The notes under the pieces are model-generated. The model was not told where the DNA came from, did no database searches, and worked only from the letters and a program-made list of their open reading frames with translations. Below, piece by piece: positions 16,963 through 25,721 of a DNA stretch of 34,059 bases. Position 1 is the first letter of the stretch. Each line of letters begins with the position of its first letter. This DNA comes from an uncultured Kofleriaceae bacterium (GTDB lineage Bacteria > Myxococcota_A > Polyangia > Haliangiales > Haliangiaceae): contig CAZDGY010000001.1 in NCBI GenBank assembly GCA_964504685.1, forward strand, positions 1 through 34,059. The letters are read 5' to 3'. The position numbers and the translations under genes are program-made.

Positions 16963-17267
16963 GCGGCAAACAGCGGCGATACCTGCGGGCGCTCGCCCAC
17001 GAGCTCCACCCGCTCGTCCACATCGGCAAGAGCGGGATCGACGACGGGCTCGTCGCTGCGGTTGATCGCGCGCTGCTCGATCACGAGCTGATCAAAGTCA
17101 AAGTCGGCGATGCCGCCGGGCTCGACCGCCACGATGCCGCCGACTCGCTCGCGGTCCGCACGCAGAGCGATGTCGCGCAGGTGCTCGGCAATATCGTGGT
17201 TCTGTATCGACCTCATCCTGATGAAGCGAAGATCAAGCTGCCCAGCGCCACCGAATCGCCGGACTAA
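16950..17267 (+). CDS. yhbY: YhbY/CRM-domain RNA-binding protein
   Basis: MSKLSGKQRRYLRALAHELHPLVHIGKSGIDDGLVAAVDRALLDHELIKVKV is a typical YhbY N-terminus. The ATG at 16950 overlaps the pepP 3' end by 13 nt. Confidence 0.85.
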   Translation: MSKLSGKQRRYLRALAHELHPLVHIGKSGIDDGLVAAVDRALLDHELIKVKVGDAAGLDRHDAADSLAVRTQSDVAQVLGNIVVLYRPHPDEAKIKLPSATESPD

Positions 17268-17671
17268 TCTCGCGAGCTCTCGTGGTCGGCCCGCCGCCAG
17301 GTTCGATGATGATGGACGATGCAACCGAGCGCGCCAGCGATGCGCGGCACGACCGATGCGAGTAGCGTCGCGTTCACCCAATGATCGTCGTCGACGTGGG
17401 GATGGTCCGCGGCAAAGCTGATCGCGAGGCCGACGTTGCATCCGTGCGGAACGCTGGGATCCCAGCTGCCGAGTGTGTCGCGCTGGTACGGCCGCGAGAC
17501 GTTGTACTCGAGGCCATCGACCTCACACGAGCCCCACTCGGTTTCGTTCTCGAAGTCGAGCCGCAGCTCCGGCAATCGCAAAGCAGTCGCGACGGCTGCG
17601 CAGATCGCCGGCAGCGCTAACGAGCTGTCGAGTGCGAGGTGCTCTACTCGCGCGACGCGATCGTCGTTCAC
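17264..17671 (-). CDS. Hypothetical protein (135 aa)
   Basis: Balanced composition, with His/Cys/Trp-containing motifs (GSCEVDGLEYNVSRPY, HGCNVGLAISF, CIVHHHRTW). Not antisense to another gene apart from the 4-nt stop overlap with yhbY. No family recognised. Confidence 0.5.
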   Translation of the reverse strand: MNDDRVARVEHLALDSSLALPAICAAVATALRLPELRLDFENETEWGSCEVDGLEYNVSRPYQRDTLGSWDPSVPHGCNVGLAISFAADHPHVDDDHWVNATLLASVVPRIAGALGCIVHHHRTWRRADHESSRD

Positions 17672-17747
17672 CTGATCATCGTAGATCGAGAATTGAACCG
17701 ACCTCTCCCGGGATCTCTACAGAGGATTGACCGGCGCGTCGCTCAGC

Positions 17748-17765
17748 CGTCACACCGCCGCCATC
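17748..17765 (+). promoter_or_regulatory. Pho-box-like direct repeat upstream of the porin gene
   Basis: CGTCACA-CCGC-CGCCATC (7-4-7, 11-bp phasing). It is followed after 8 nt by TAAATG, and the porin ATG lies at 17790. It shares CCGTCACACC with the phoB site. Confidence 0.5.
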
Positions 17766-17789
17766 TAGCGCGGTAAATGTGCGTGGCGC

Positions 17790-19307
17790 ATGTCGACCTT
17801 CCGCCTTACCACCCTCGCGACTCTCCTCTTCGCCGCCGCGCCCGCGTTCGCGCAGCCGAGTGACACGCCGCCGCCGCCCCCGCCGGATGCGCCGACGCCA
17901 CCGACCCCGCCGACGCCGCCGACGCCACCCACCCCGCCGAGCGACTGGACGCCGCCGCCGCCGACCAACGAGAAACCGCCGGTGGAAGAGCCGGTGAAGC
18001 AGCAGCCGCCGCCGGCCGATCATCCGGCGTACACCATCGGTAGCAAGTGGGACGCGTCGCTGTACGGGTTCGTCGAGCTCGACATGATCAAGGACACCAC
18101 GCAGGGCTTGGTCGATCTCGCCGGTAACTCGGCGATTTCGCGGCCGAGCACGTACGCCGGCGATCACGGCCAGCTGTTGGTCGGTGCGCGCAACTCGCGC
18201 ATCGGGTTCAAGCTCGGCGCTCCCGCGTACGACGGCATCAAGGCGACCGCGCAGCTCGAGATGGACTTCCTCGGCAACCAGCCGGGCAAGCCGTTCGATT
18301 CGACCGGCCTCGTGTCGGAGTCCGCGTTCTGGCAGAACCCCGCGTTCCGCATCCGCCACATGAACGTGAAGCTCGAGATGCCGATGGATACCTACTTGCT
18401 CGCCGGTCAATACTGGGAGCTGTTCGGTTGGCAGTCGGCATTCCATCCGAACTCCGTGCAGATCCAAGGTCTGCCGGGCGAGGTTTACTCGCGCACGCCG
18501 CAGATCCGGCTCGGCAAGATCTTCAAGTCCGATGCGGTCAACGTCGATGTCGCGGTCGCCGCGCTGCGCTCGCCCGACCGGGCCTCGAGCACGCCGGACG
18601 GTCAGGCCGGCATCAAGCTGAGCATCAACCACTGGAAGGCGTGGCACACCGGCGGCTCGGCGAGCAGCGGTCTCGACGCCGCCCAGATCGGCGTGTCGGT
18701 CGACGGTCGCCGGTTCTCGGCCGATGCGTTCCCGGCGCAGAACAAGCAGGTCACGCGCAACGGCTACGGTTTGTCGATCGATGCGCTGATCCCGATCGTC
18801 GCCGCGACGAAGGAAAGCCGAGCGAACGCGCTCACGTTGACCGGTAGCTTCGTCACTGGCGCCGGCATCGCGGACCAATACACGAGCCTCAACGGCGGCG
18901 TGTCGAACCCGGCCGTGCCGAACCCGACGATGGCCGCGACCGCGCCGACCTATACCCCGAACATCGACTCGGGCCTCGCGATGTTCTACGCGAACGGCGA
19001 CGGCACCTATTCGCTCCACCCGATCCAGTGGACCTCGGAGATCGTCGGCCTGCAGTACTACCTGCCCCCTTCGGGCCGGCTGTTCCTCAGCGTCAACTAC
19101 TCGCACATGTCGTCGGGCAACGTTGACGATTTCGGGGCGCATAACAAGACGTTCAACGCGTCCCAGTTCGCCGACCTCAACGTGTTCTTCGACCTGACCC
19201 CGGCGGTGCGGTTCGGGCTGGAAGGTGCTTACATCGACCAGACTTACACCGACGGTACCGATGCCCCGGACTACCGGGCGCAACTCTCTGCCTTCTTCAT
19301 CTTCTGA
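17790..19307 (+). CDS. Outer-membrane beta-barrel porin (putative phosphate-regulated) with Pro/Thr-rich N-terminal linker
   Basis: Signal peptide (LLFAAAPAFAQ). Alternating amphipathic strands throughout and a C-terminal aromatic residue (...QLSAFFIF). It sits immediately upstream of phoBRU and has a Pho-box-like site in front. Confidence 0.7.
   Translation: MSTFRLTTLATLLFAAAPAFAQPSDTPPPPPPDAPTPPTPPTPPTPPTPPSDWTPPPPTNEKPPVEEPVKQQPPPADHPAYTIGSKWDASLYGFVELDMIKDTTQGLVDLAGNSAISRPSTYAGDHGQLLVGARNSRIGFKLGAPAYDGIKATAQLEMDFLGNQPGKPFDSTGLVSESAFWQNPAFRIRHMNVKLEMPMDTYLLAGQYWELFGWQSAFHPNSVQIQGLPGEVYSRTPQIRLGKIFKSDAVNVDVAVAALRSPDRASSTPDGQAGIKLSINHWKAWHTGGSASSGLDAAQIGVSVDGRRFSADAFPAQNKQVTRNGYGLSIDALIPIVAATKESRANALTLTGSFVTGAGIADQYTSLNGGVSNPAVPNPTMAATAPTYTPNIDSGLAMFYANGDGTYSLHPIQWTSEIVGLQYYLPPSGRLFLSVNYSHMSSGNVDDFGAHNKTFNASQFADLNVFFDLTPAVRFGLEGAYIDQTYTDGTDAPDYRAQLSAFFIF
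17895..17939 (+). repeat. In-frame tandem repeat encoding (TPP)x5 within the porin N-terminal Pro-rich linker
   Basis: Residues 36-50 read TPPTPPTPPTPPTPP, i.e. five 9-nt units with synonymous variation. The surrounding stretch 17865-17963 is also Pro-rich. Confidence 0.8.
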
Positions 19308-19316
19308 CCACCGAGC

Positions 19317-19334
19317 CGTCACACCAACGTCACC
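19317..19334 (+). promoter_or_regulatory. Pho-box-like direct repeat upstream of phoB
   Basis: CGTCACA-CCAA-CGTCACC. This is a near-perfect 7-bp direct repeat with a 4-bp spacer, resembling the enterobacterial Pho box CTGTCAT-N4-CTGTCAY. It lies 23 nt upstream of the phoB ATG. Confidence 0.6.
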
Positions 19335-19356
19335 GACGGCATGCTAAGGGTTGGCC

Positions 19357-20055
19357 ATGCTCGTACTGGTAATCGAGGACGAGACCGACCTGGCTACGAC
19401 GATCGAGTACAACCTCCGATCGGAAGGCTTCCAAGTCCGCCTCGCGCATAGCGGGCGCCAGGGTCTCGCAAGCGCGACCTCGGATCCACTGCCCGATGTG
19501 ATCGTGCTGGATCTGATGTTGCCCGACCTGTCCGGCACCGAGCTGTGCCGGCGGTTGCGCGAACAAGAGCGCACGCGCGACATCCCGGTCGTGATGTGCA
19601 CCGCGAAGGGCGAAGAGATCGATCGCGTGGTCGGCTTCGAAGTCGGCGCAGACGACTACATCGTCAAGCCGTTCTCGGTGCGCGAGCTGATCCTGCGGAT
19701 TCGCGCGCTACTCCGCCGCGTTCACCGCGTCGAAGGCGAGCCGTCGTTGATCCGGTTCGGCCGGCTCAAGATCGATCGCGATGCTCACCGCGCGTGGGTC
19801 GACGAAGCCGAGATCGGGCTGACCGCGCTCGAGTTCCGGTTGCTGCACGCGTTCCTGTCGCGGCGCGGCCGAGTTCAGACCCGTGACGCGTTGCTGTCGG
19901 ACGTGTGGGGCATCGACGCCGACGTCACGACTCGCACGGTCGACACGCACGTCAAGCGCCTGCGCGAGAAGCTCGGCGACGCGGGCGAATACATCGAGAC
20001 GCTGCGCGGTGTCGGCTATCGGTTCAAGGACCAGCCCGACGAGGCGACCGCGTGA
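19357..20055 (+). CDS. phoB: Phosphate regulon response regulator (OmpR/PhoB family)
   Basis: Receiver domain (VLVIEDE...VIVLDLMLPDLSG...VVMCTAKG...IVKPF) plus a winged-helix output domain (LTALEFRLLHAF...TVDTHVKRLREKL...LRGVGYRF). I prefer the ATG at 19357; the track ORF starts at a TTG at 19351. Confidence 0.9.
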   Translation: MLVLVIEDETDLATTIEYNLRSEGFQVRLAHSGRQGLASATSDPLPDVIVLDLMLPDLSGTELCRRLREQERTRDIPVVMCTAKGEEIDRVVGFEVGADDYIVKPFSVRELILRIRALLRRVHRVEGEPSLIRFGRLKIDRDAHRAWVDEAEIGLTALEFRLLHAFLSRRGRVQTRDALLSDVWGIDADVTTRTVDTHVKRLREKLGDAGEYIETLRGVGYRFKDQPDEATA

Positions 20056-21296
20056 TCGTACTCGCGGTCGTCTTGGCGCTCGCGCTATCCGGCGCGATCG
20101 TCGCGATCGCGTTGCAGCGGCGAGCGATGCAGCGATTCTCGGACGCGACGCGCGATGCCGTACGCGACCCGAGCAAGCGCGTGCCGACCGCGTCGACTGC
20201 GGGTCCGCTCCGGTCGCTCGGCGAATGGATCAATGCACTCGCTGAAGATGCCGAGCGTAGCCGCAACGCACTCGCGCACGAGCGGACGTTGCTCGCCTCG
20301 CTCGCAGATGGCTTGACCCAAGGCGTGATCGCGCTCGACGGCGATCAACGTATCGAGATGCTCAACGAAGCCGCGCGCCGGATGCTCGGCGTGACGAGCT
20401 CGCTCGTCGGCGAACCGTTGCTCGAGTTCGTGCGCGTGCCCGAGCTGCGCACGCTGATCGAGCACGCCGCCGATTCGAGCGCCGAGATCCAGCTGCCGAA
20501 CGGGCCGCGCACGCTGGTCCGCGCTGCGCGCACCTGGGGCCGAGCGGGCCGCGTGCTGCTGCTCGAGGACGTCACGACGATGCGCAGGCTCGAGACCGTG
20601 CGCCGCGACTTCGTCGCGAACGTCTCGCACGAGCTGCGCACGCCGGTCGCGGTGATTCGCGCGAATGCCGAGACTCTGCTCGCCGGCGCGAAAGACGATC
20701 CGGTGATCGCGAACAAGCTGATCGACGGCCTGCATCGCAACGCCGAACGGCTCGCCCGCATCCTCGCCGACTTGCTCGATCTGTCGCGGCTCGACGCCGG
20801 TCAATATCGGCTCGAGGTCGCGTCGGTGGCGGTGCTCGGCGTGACCGAGCAGTCGCTGACCGCGGTCGAGCCGCAGGCGCAGAAGCGCGGCGTGACCGTC
20901 GAGGTCGCGATCCCCGATTCGCTCGTCGTCCGCGCCGATCCGAAGGCACTCGACCAGATCCTGGTCAACCTGATCGATAACGGCGTGAAGTACACGCGCG
21001 CCGAAGGCCACGTCTGGGTCGAAGCCCGCGCGGTCGGCGACGCGGTGCGGATCGAAGTCCGCGACGATGGCCCGGGCATCGCCGACAAGCATCGCGAACG
21101 CGTGTTCGAGCGGTTCTATCGCGCCGATCCGTCGCGGTCGCGCGAAGCCGGCGGCACCGGCCTCGGCTTGTCGATCGTCAAGCACCTCGTCGAGAGTATG
21201 GGCGGCGAAGTCGGTGTCGAGGCCAACGCTCCTCGCGGTAGCATCTTCTGGCTTCGTCTTCCGAAGGCCGCACCTCAAACCCTGATGGCATCATGA
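20052..21296 (+). CDS. phoR: Phosphate regulon sensor histidine kinase
   Basis: The GTG at 20052 overlaps the phoB stop (GTGA). One TM helix, a PAS-like segment (LTQGVIALDGDQRIEMLNEAARRMLG), the H-box FVANVSHELRTPV, and the ATPase G-boxes DDGPGI and GGTGLGLSIVKH. Confidence 0.85.
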   Translation: MIVLAVVLALALSGAIVAIALQRRAMQRFSDATRDAVRDPSKRVPTASTAGPLRSLGEWINALAEDAERSRNALAHERTLLASLADGLTQGVIALDGDQRIEMLNEAARRMLGVTSSLVGEPLLEFVRVPELRTLIEHAADSSAEIQLPNGPRTLVRAARTWGRAGRVLLLEDVTTMRRLETVRRDFVANVSHELRTPVAVIRANAETLLAGAKDDPVIANKLIDGLHRNAERLARILADLLDLSRLDAGQYRLEVASVAVLGVTEQSLTAVEPQAQKRGVTVEVAIPDSLVVRADPKALDQILVNLIDNGVKYTRAEGHVWVEARAVGDAVRIEVRDDGPGIADKHRERVFERFYRADPSRSREAGGTGLGLSIVKHLVESMGGEVGVEANAPRGSIFWLRLPKAAPQTLMAS

Positions 21297-21982
21297 TGAC
21301 CACGCACACGAGTAAGGATTTCGAGCAAGAGCTGCGCACGTTGCGCGAGCGGCTCGCCGGCATGGGCGGCAAGTGCGAGCATCAGATCATCGCCGCGATG
21401 GAAGCGTTGACCGAGCGCAACGACGATCTCGCGAAGAAGGTCGTCGACGGCGACATGGCGATCGACCGCGACGAAAACGAGGTCGACGAGCTCGCGCTGC
21501 AGATCTTGGCGACGCGCCAACCGGTCGCGAGCGACCTGCGGTTCATCACGATGGCGCTCAAGTTCGTCACCGACCTCGAGCGGATCGGCGATCTCGCTGC
21601 AGGCATCGCGAAGCGCGCACTCGAGCTCAACCGGTTGCCGGTGCTGACGCCCCACGGCGACCTGACCGCGCTCGCGAGCCTCGTGCAAAAGAACCTGCGC
21701 GCCGCGCTCGACAGCTTCGTCGCCCGCGATGCCGACCGCGCGACCGCGGTGATGACCGCCGACCTCGAAGTCGACCGGCTCAACGCGAGCTTGTTCGCGG
21801 AGCTACTCGCGCACGTCGCGACCGACCCGGCGTCGGTGACCCGCGTGCTGCCGTTGACCTCGGTGTGCCGCTATCTCGAGCGCATCGGCGACCACGTCAA
21901 GAATATCTGCGAAGAAGTCGTGTACATGGTGCGCGCCCAAGACGTGCGCCATCGGCCGCCGCAAGTGCCGTCTGCGAACTGA
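21293..21982 (+). CDS. phoU: Phosphate signalling regulator PhoU
   Basis: Two PhoU repeats with D..I.R.E/ERIGD-type motifs (AIDRDENEVDEL...DLERIGDLA; EVDRLNASL...YLERIGDHVKNI). The start overlaps the phoR stop (ATGA). Confidence 0.9.
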   Translation: MMTTHTSKDFEQELRTLRERLAGMGGKCEHQIIAAMEALTERNDDLAKKVVDGDMAIDRDENEVDELALQILATRQPVASDLRFITMALKFVTDLERIGDLAAGIAKRALELNRLPVLTPHGDLTALASLVQKNLRAALDSFVARDADRATAVMTADLEVDRLNASLFAELLAHVATDPASVTRVLPLTSVCRYLERIGDHVKNICEEVVYMVRAQDVRHRPPQVPSAN

Positions 21983-21984
21983 CG

Positions 21985-22617
21985 CTAGGGCTTCGCCGGC
22001 GCCAAGATCGCGAGCCGCGCGTCGCACCAGGCGGTCCAATCGTTCGAAATCGACTGCTGCTTCGCAGTGTCCGCGCACACTCGATACTTTTCGGCTGCCG
22101 CGGTGAACAGTGGCTCGGCCTTGTCGGTCAACGCCTCGCAGAACGCCTTGGAGGCTTCGACCGCGAACTCACCGCGCCGAACGTTGCCGGGAATCTCCGC
22201 GGTCGCGAGCTCGTGGGCGAGCTCGTCGGTCACCTGGCCGAGGCGCGCCGCGACCTCGATCTTCTGTTCGTTCGTCGCCATGCCGAGAATGGCGGCGTAC
22301 TTGGTCGACAGCTGTTCCGCGGCTTGTGACTTCGCCGCGTACCAGTCGTTGAACCGCTTCGTGGCTCGCTGCAAGACGACCTTGTTGCCCGGGTCGAAAT
22401 CGAGCCCGGTCGGGAACGTGATCGCGAAATACTTCTTCAGCTCGCCATCGAGCGCGAGCACCGGCTCGTACTTGTCAGGCTTGGCCGCGAGCTTCACCGC
22501 GAACGGAGCCACATCGGCACCACAGTGGGTCGGCTTCGGATCGGCGTGAGCGATCGAAACGAGCGAACCGACGACGACGACGACGATGGCAGCTTTCATG
22601 CGGTTGAGGACACTCAT
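21985..22617 (-). CDS. Secreted four-Cys protein, paralog 1 of an unassigned family
   Basis: Trimmed to the ATG at 22617 (MSVLNRMKAAIVVVVVGSLVSIAHA); 22599 is the alternative. It aligns end to end by eye with the 25085..25687 and 25722..26408 products (shared ALDxEL..Y.AI.FP.GLDFDP, ARLGQ, FC..L.DKAEP, Y..C, NDW..WC.AR). Confidence 0.7.
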   Translation of the reverse strand: MSVLNRMKAAIVVVVVGSLVSIAHADPKPTHCGADVAPFAVKLAAKPDKYEPVLALDGELKKYFAITFPTGLDFDPGNKVVLQRATKRFNDWYAAKSQAAEQLSTKYAAILGMATNEQKIEVAARLGQVTDELAHELATAEIPGNVRRGEFAVEASKAFCEALTDKAEPLFTAAAEKYRVCADTAKQQSISNDWTAWCDARLAILAPAKP

Positions 22618-22654
22618 CGCACGAATCGGTTGCTGCCGCGGGTACCATCGCCGC

Positions 22655-24598
22655 ATGCGATGGATCCTGGTGTTGATGGTCGCGGTCGCAGCCGCGTGTG
22701 GCAGCTCGAAGCAGTCGAGCGAGGACAACGTTGCGAAAGGCAGCGCGAAGCCTGCCGCCCCACCGGTCGAGGCGCCGATGCCGATCACGTTCGGCGATTG
22801 CGGCTCGGGAGCGTTCGTATCGGGCCCGCGGCCGTTGCCGCTGACTGGCAGAGACGATGACGATCCGCCACCGCCCCCTGAAGAAGACAAAGACGAGTCC
22901 GGTGGCACCGGCACGGCGATGGCGCTCGACGAAGGCAAGATGGGGCGCAAGCCTGGCGAGTACCACATGCGCGACGAGCAGCTCGCGCGTCAACAAGCGA
23001 TCGAGGCGGCGCGTTCGGCGGGCATCCTCGGCACGGTCGCGAGGCGCGACGCAAGCGACGAGATCGGCATCTTCAGCGAGCTGCCCGGCGCCGCGGTGAA
23101 CCTCGCGGCCGGCGCTCGTTCGTTCGGCATCCTCGGCGACGGCTTCGCCGGCCATGACAGCCCGGTCGGGTCACACGCGGGCGGGCCAGCCGTAGCGATC
23201 GGTTCGCCAAGCGCCCAGTCCACGAGCGACAAGGACATGATCCGTCGCTACATCCATCGGAACATCTCGAAGGTCACGTACTGCTACGAGAAACAACTGT
23301 TGGTGAAGCCGACGCTCGCCGGCACGGTCACGGTGAAGTTCTTCATCACGCCGAACGGCAGCGTCACGAACGCAACTGCGACCGGTCTCGATCCCGCGGT
23401 CTCGTCTTGTGTCGCGAAGTTCATCGCCGACATCAAGTTCGCGAAGCCGGGTGGCGGCGGCGGCATTCAGGTGTCGTACCCGTTTACGTTTCGGCCAGCG
23501 GGCGATGACCCCAAGCCGGCGATCGGCAGCAACTCGCCGCCTGCGACCGACAGCGCCGCCGCGCCCGCGACCGGTAGCGGCTCGGCCACACCGACGCCAG
23601 CGCCGGCGCCGACTCCTGCGCCGGCGCTGTTCCGCGCCGACAGTATCTCTGCAGAGTCGTACCAAACGGGCATTAACAACCCGCTGCAAATCGAGCAAGC
23701 GGCGCTCGCGAAGTGCTTGCGCAGCAACCCGAAGCCATACGGCGTTGCGGTGGTCGAGCTCGTCGGACACGACACGAAGGTGTATGGCATCGACGACAGC
23801 AACGTGGCCGCTTGTGTCGTCGAGGTCGGCAAGCACGTCCTGGCCATCACGGGGCCGCCGCGCTGTTCATTCGCGTACGGCGTGATGCCGCCCGAAGCGC
23901 TGCCGACGCTCGACCTCACCGCAGACGCCGTGACGTTCGCCGGTAAGCCACTCGCGACCGCGCAGGCGATCGCAGCGACCGATGCGACGCCCGCAGCGCA
24001 GGTCGCCGACGCGATTAGCGCGACGGTCACAGCAGCGCTCGCGCCGAGCGCGCCGGTCGTCGCGATTCACGGCCCGGTCGTCGTTCGGCCCGTGGACGCG
24101 ACCTCGATCAAGCTCCTCACCCGCGTGCTCGCTGGTGTGCTCGCGAGCGGCGATGACTTCGTGCTCGCGGCGCAGCGCGGCGGCGATTGGCAGCTCCTCG
24201 AAAAGCTCCCGCTGCCCGTCGTTCCGGTGCCGCTCGGCACCGGCGGTCGGTGGAATCGCATCAAGGGCAGCCCGACGCGCGGCGGACCGCGCTCGCACGT
24301 CCGGTTGTCGCTGTTAATCGGCAAGGACGCGATCTGGATCAGCGGATTCACGGGCACCGATCCGGTCTCGATTCCTCGCGACGCAAAGCAGTGGGACGCG
24401 CTCGGCAAGGCGCTCAAAGACGTCAAGATGCATGCGGGGATCGGGCTCGGCGACATCGAGCTCGCGGGCGACGACGACGCGAGCTACAGCGACCTCGTCC
24501 ACGCAATCGACGCGGTGAAGGCCGCCGGCATCTCCGACTGGGAGCTCACCGATCCGCAGGCGCTCGCCGAGCCGCTGCCGCCACGCCCCAAGCCGTGA
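22655..24598 (+). CDS. Lipoprotein with AgmX/PglI-type TonB-C-like domain and two ExbD/TolR-like periplasmic domains
   Basis: Trimmed to the ATG at 22655 (MRWILVLMVAVAAACG). The central segment MIRRYIHRNISKVTYCYEKQLLVKPTLAGTVTVKFFITPNGSV...SCVAKFIADIKFAKPGGGGGIQVSYPFTF matches the myxobacterial AgmX/PglI C-terminal (TonB-C-like) pattern. The C-terminal ..IELAGDDDASYSDLVHAIDAVKAAGISDWEL is ExbD/TolR-like, with a weaker copy upstream (VVVRPVDATSIKLLTRVLAGVLASG). Confidence 0.7.
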   Translation: MRWILVLMVAVAAACGSSKQSSEDNVAKGSAKPAAPPVEAPMPITFGDCGSGAFVSGPRPLPLTGRDDDDPPPPPEEDKDESGGTGTAMALDEGKMGRKPGEYHMRDEQLARQQAIEAARSAGILGTVARRDASDEIGIFSELPGAAVNLAAGARSFGILGDGFAGHDSPVGSHAGGPAVAIGSPSAQSTSDKDMIRRYIHRNISKVTYCYEKQLLVKPTLAGTVTVKFFITPNGSVTNATATGLDPAVSSCVAKFIADIKFAKPGGGGGIQVSYPFTFRPAGDDPKPAIGSNSPPATDSAAAPATGSGSATPTPAPAPTPAPALFRADSISAESYQTGINNPLQIEQAALAKCLRSNPKPYGVAVVELVGHDTKVYGIDDSNVAACVVEVGKHVLAITGPPRCSFAYGVMPPEALPTLDLTADAVTFAGKPLATAQAIAATDATPAAQVADAISATVTAALAPSAPVVAIHGPVVVRPVDATSIKLLTRVLAGVLASGDDFVLAAQRGGDWQLLEKLPLPVVPVPLGTGGRWNRIKGSPTRGGPRSHVRLSLLIGKDAIWISGFTGTDPVSIPRDAKQWDALGKALKDVKMHAGIGLGDIELAGDDDASYSDLVHAIDAVKAAGISDWELTDPQALAEPLPPRPKP

Positions 24599-24599
24599 G

Positions 24600-25073
24600 C
24601 TACGAACAGCCCTTAGCGAGCGGGTTGTCCAAGCACTCCTGTCTGATGTGCACGCCCTTCGCGCGCTCGGCGTGATCGGCCACTTCTTTCGTCGCGGCGA
24701 TCTCGGCCTGAGCCGCAGCGAGCTGTTTCTGAAGCTCCGCGAGCCTGGCCCGTGCAGCGTTCCTCTCGGCATCGGTCTTCGCGTTCGCGATCATCTTGAT
24801 CGCCGCGTCGAGCTTGGCCTGTTGCGCGTCGAACGCCTTCTCCGCTTTGGCGAACTTGTCGGCAGCGAGCTCGGCGTCCGCTTGCGCCTTCTTCGCTTCG
24901 GCCAGCGCGGCCTCTAGCTTTTGCTGCGCGTCGGCGTGCTCGGCGCGCGCGCGCTCCACCGCCTGGTCGACGGTCGGCGCGGCCGCCGATCCTTGCGGCG
25001 CAGCATCGTTGTTGTTGCCATGACACGCGCTGATCGCGAGAGCCGTGACGAATCCGAGCATGCTCGATCGCAT
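24600..25073 (-). CDS. Coiled-coil lipoprotein (Ala/Lys/Glu/Gln-rich)
   Basis: Trimmed to the ATG at 25073 (MRSSMLGFVTALAISAC, lipobox). About 110 aa of heptad-like AEAKKAQADAELAADKFAKAEKAF... sequence, ending in a Cys pair (QECLDNPLAKGCS). It is 11 nt downstream of paralog 2. Confidence 0.65.
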   Translation of the reverse strand: MRSSMLGFVTALAISACHGNNNDAAPQGSAAAPTVDQAVERARAEHADAQQKLEAALAEAKKAQADAELAADKFAKAEKAFDAQQAKLDAAIKMIANAKTDAERNAARARLAELQKQLAAAQAEIAATKEVADHAERAKGVHIRQECLDNPLAKGCS

Positions 25074-25084
25074 GCCCGACCGTA

Positions 25085-25687
25085 CTACGGCGTCGCGGTC
25101 AATGCGGCGATCCGCGCGTCGCACAGCTTCGACCATTCGTTCGACACCGCGAGTCGGGTCGCGCGCTCGGCGCAGGCTTTGTACTTCTCGAGACTCGACT
25201 CGAGGATATCTTGCGCCTTGTCGGCGAGCGTATCGCAATAGGCTTCGGTGGCTTCGGCGGCAAACTCCCCCCGCCGGATGCTGGACGGAACCTCGGCGGT
25301 GAGCAGCGTGTCGGCGAAGTGCTCGGTGAGCTGACCGAGTCGAGCCGCCGCTGCGATCTGTTGTGGCCACGTCGCGGTCGCGAGCAGCGCGCCGTACTTG
25401 CCGGCGAGCACTTGCGAAGCGTCGGTCTTCGCGACGAACCAGCTCGTGAACCGCTTCGCGCTCGCAGCCGCCACCGCCGGCTTGTCGGGATCGAAGTCGA
25501 GCCCGGTCGGGAACGCGATCGCGAGGTAATGCGCGAGCTCCGGATCGAGCGCACGCACCGGATCGTGCGATGGCGGTTGTTTCGCGACGTCGATCGCGAG
25601 ACCCGGGCGACCGTCGCCGCAATGGGTCGGCGGGCCCGCAAACGCGGTAGCGCTGGACAGCACGAGTACGAGCGCGGCGATCTTCAT
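25085..25687 (-). CDS. Secreted four-Cys protein, paralog 2 of an unassigned family
   Basis: Signal peptide MKIAALVLVLSSATAFA. Same motif set and Cys positions as the 21985..22617 product. Confidence 0.75.
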   Translation of the reverse strand: MKIAALVLVLSSATAFAGPPTHCGDGRPGLAIDVAKQPPSHDPVRALDPELAHYLAIAFPTGLDFDPDKPAVAAASAKRFTSWFVAKTDASQVLAGKYGALLATATWPQQIAAAARLGQLTEHFADTLLTAEVPSSIRRGEFAAEATEAYCDTLADKAQDILESSLEKYKACAERATRLAVSNEWSKLCDARIAALTATP

Positions 25688-25721
25688 GGCTCACCGACAC
25701 GGTCGATGACATCGAGTTGCG

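Noticed and set aside
17676-19322. 548-aa ORF on the minus strand covering the whole porin gene
   Set aside because: It is antisense to a gene with a clear signal peptide, beta-barrel pattern and C-terminal Phe. Its product is extremely Arg/Gly/Val/Asp-rich with RRRRR runs and no motifs. This is the typical long open antisense frame of very GC-rich DNA.
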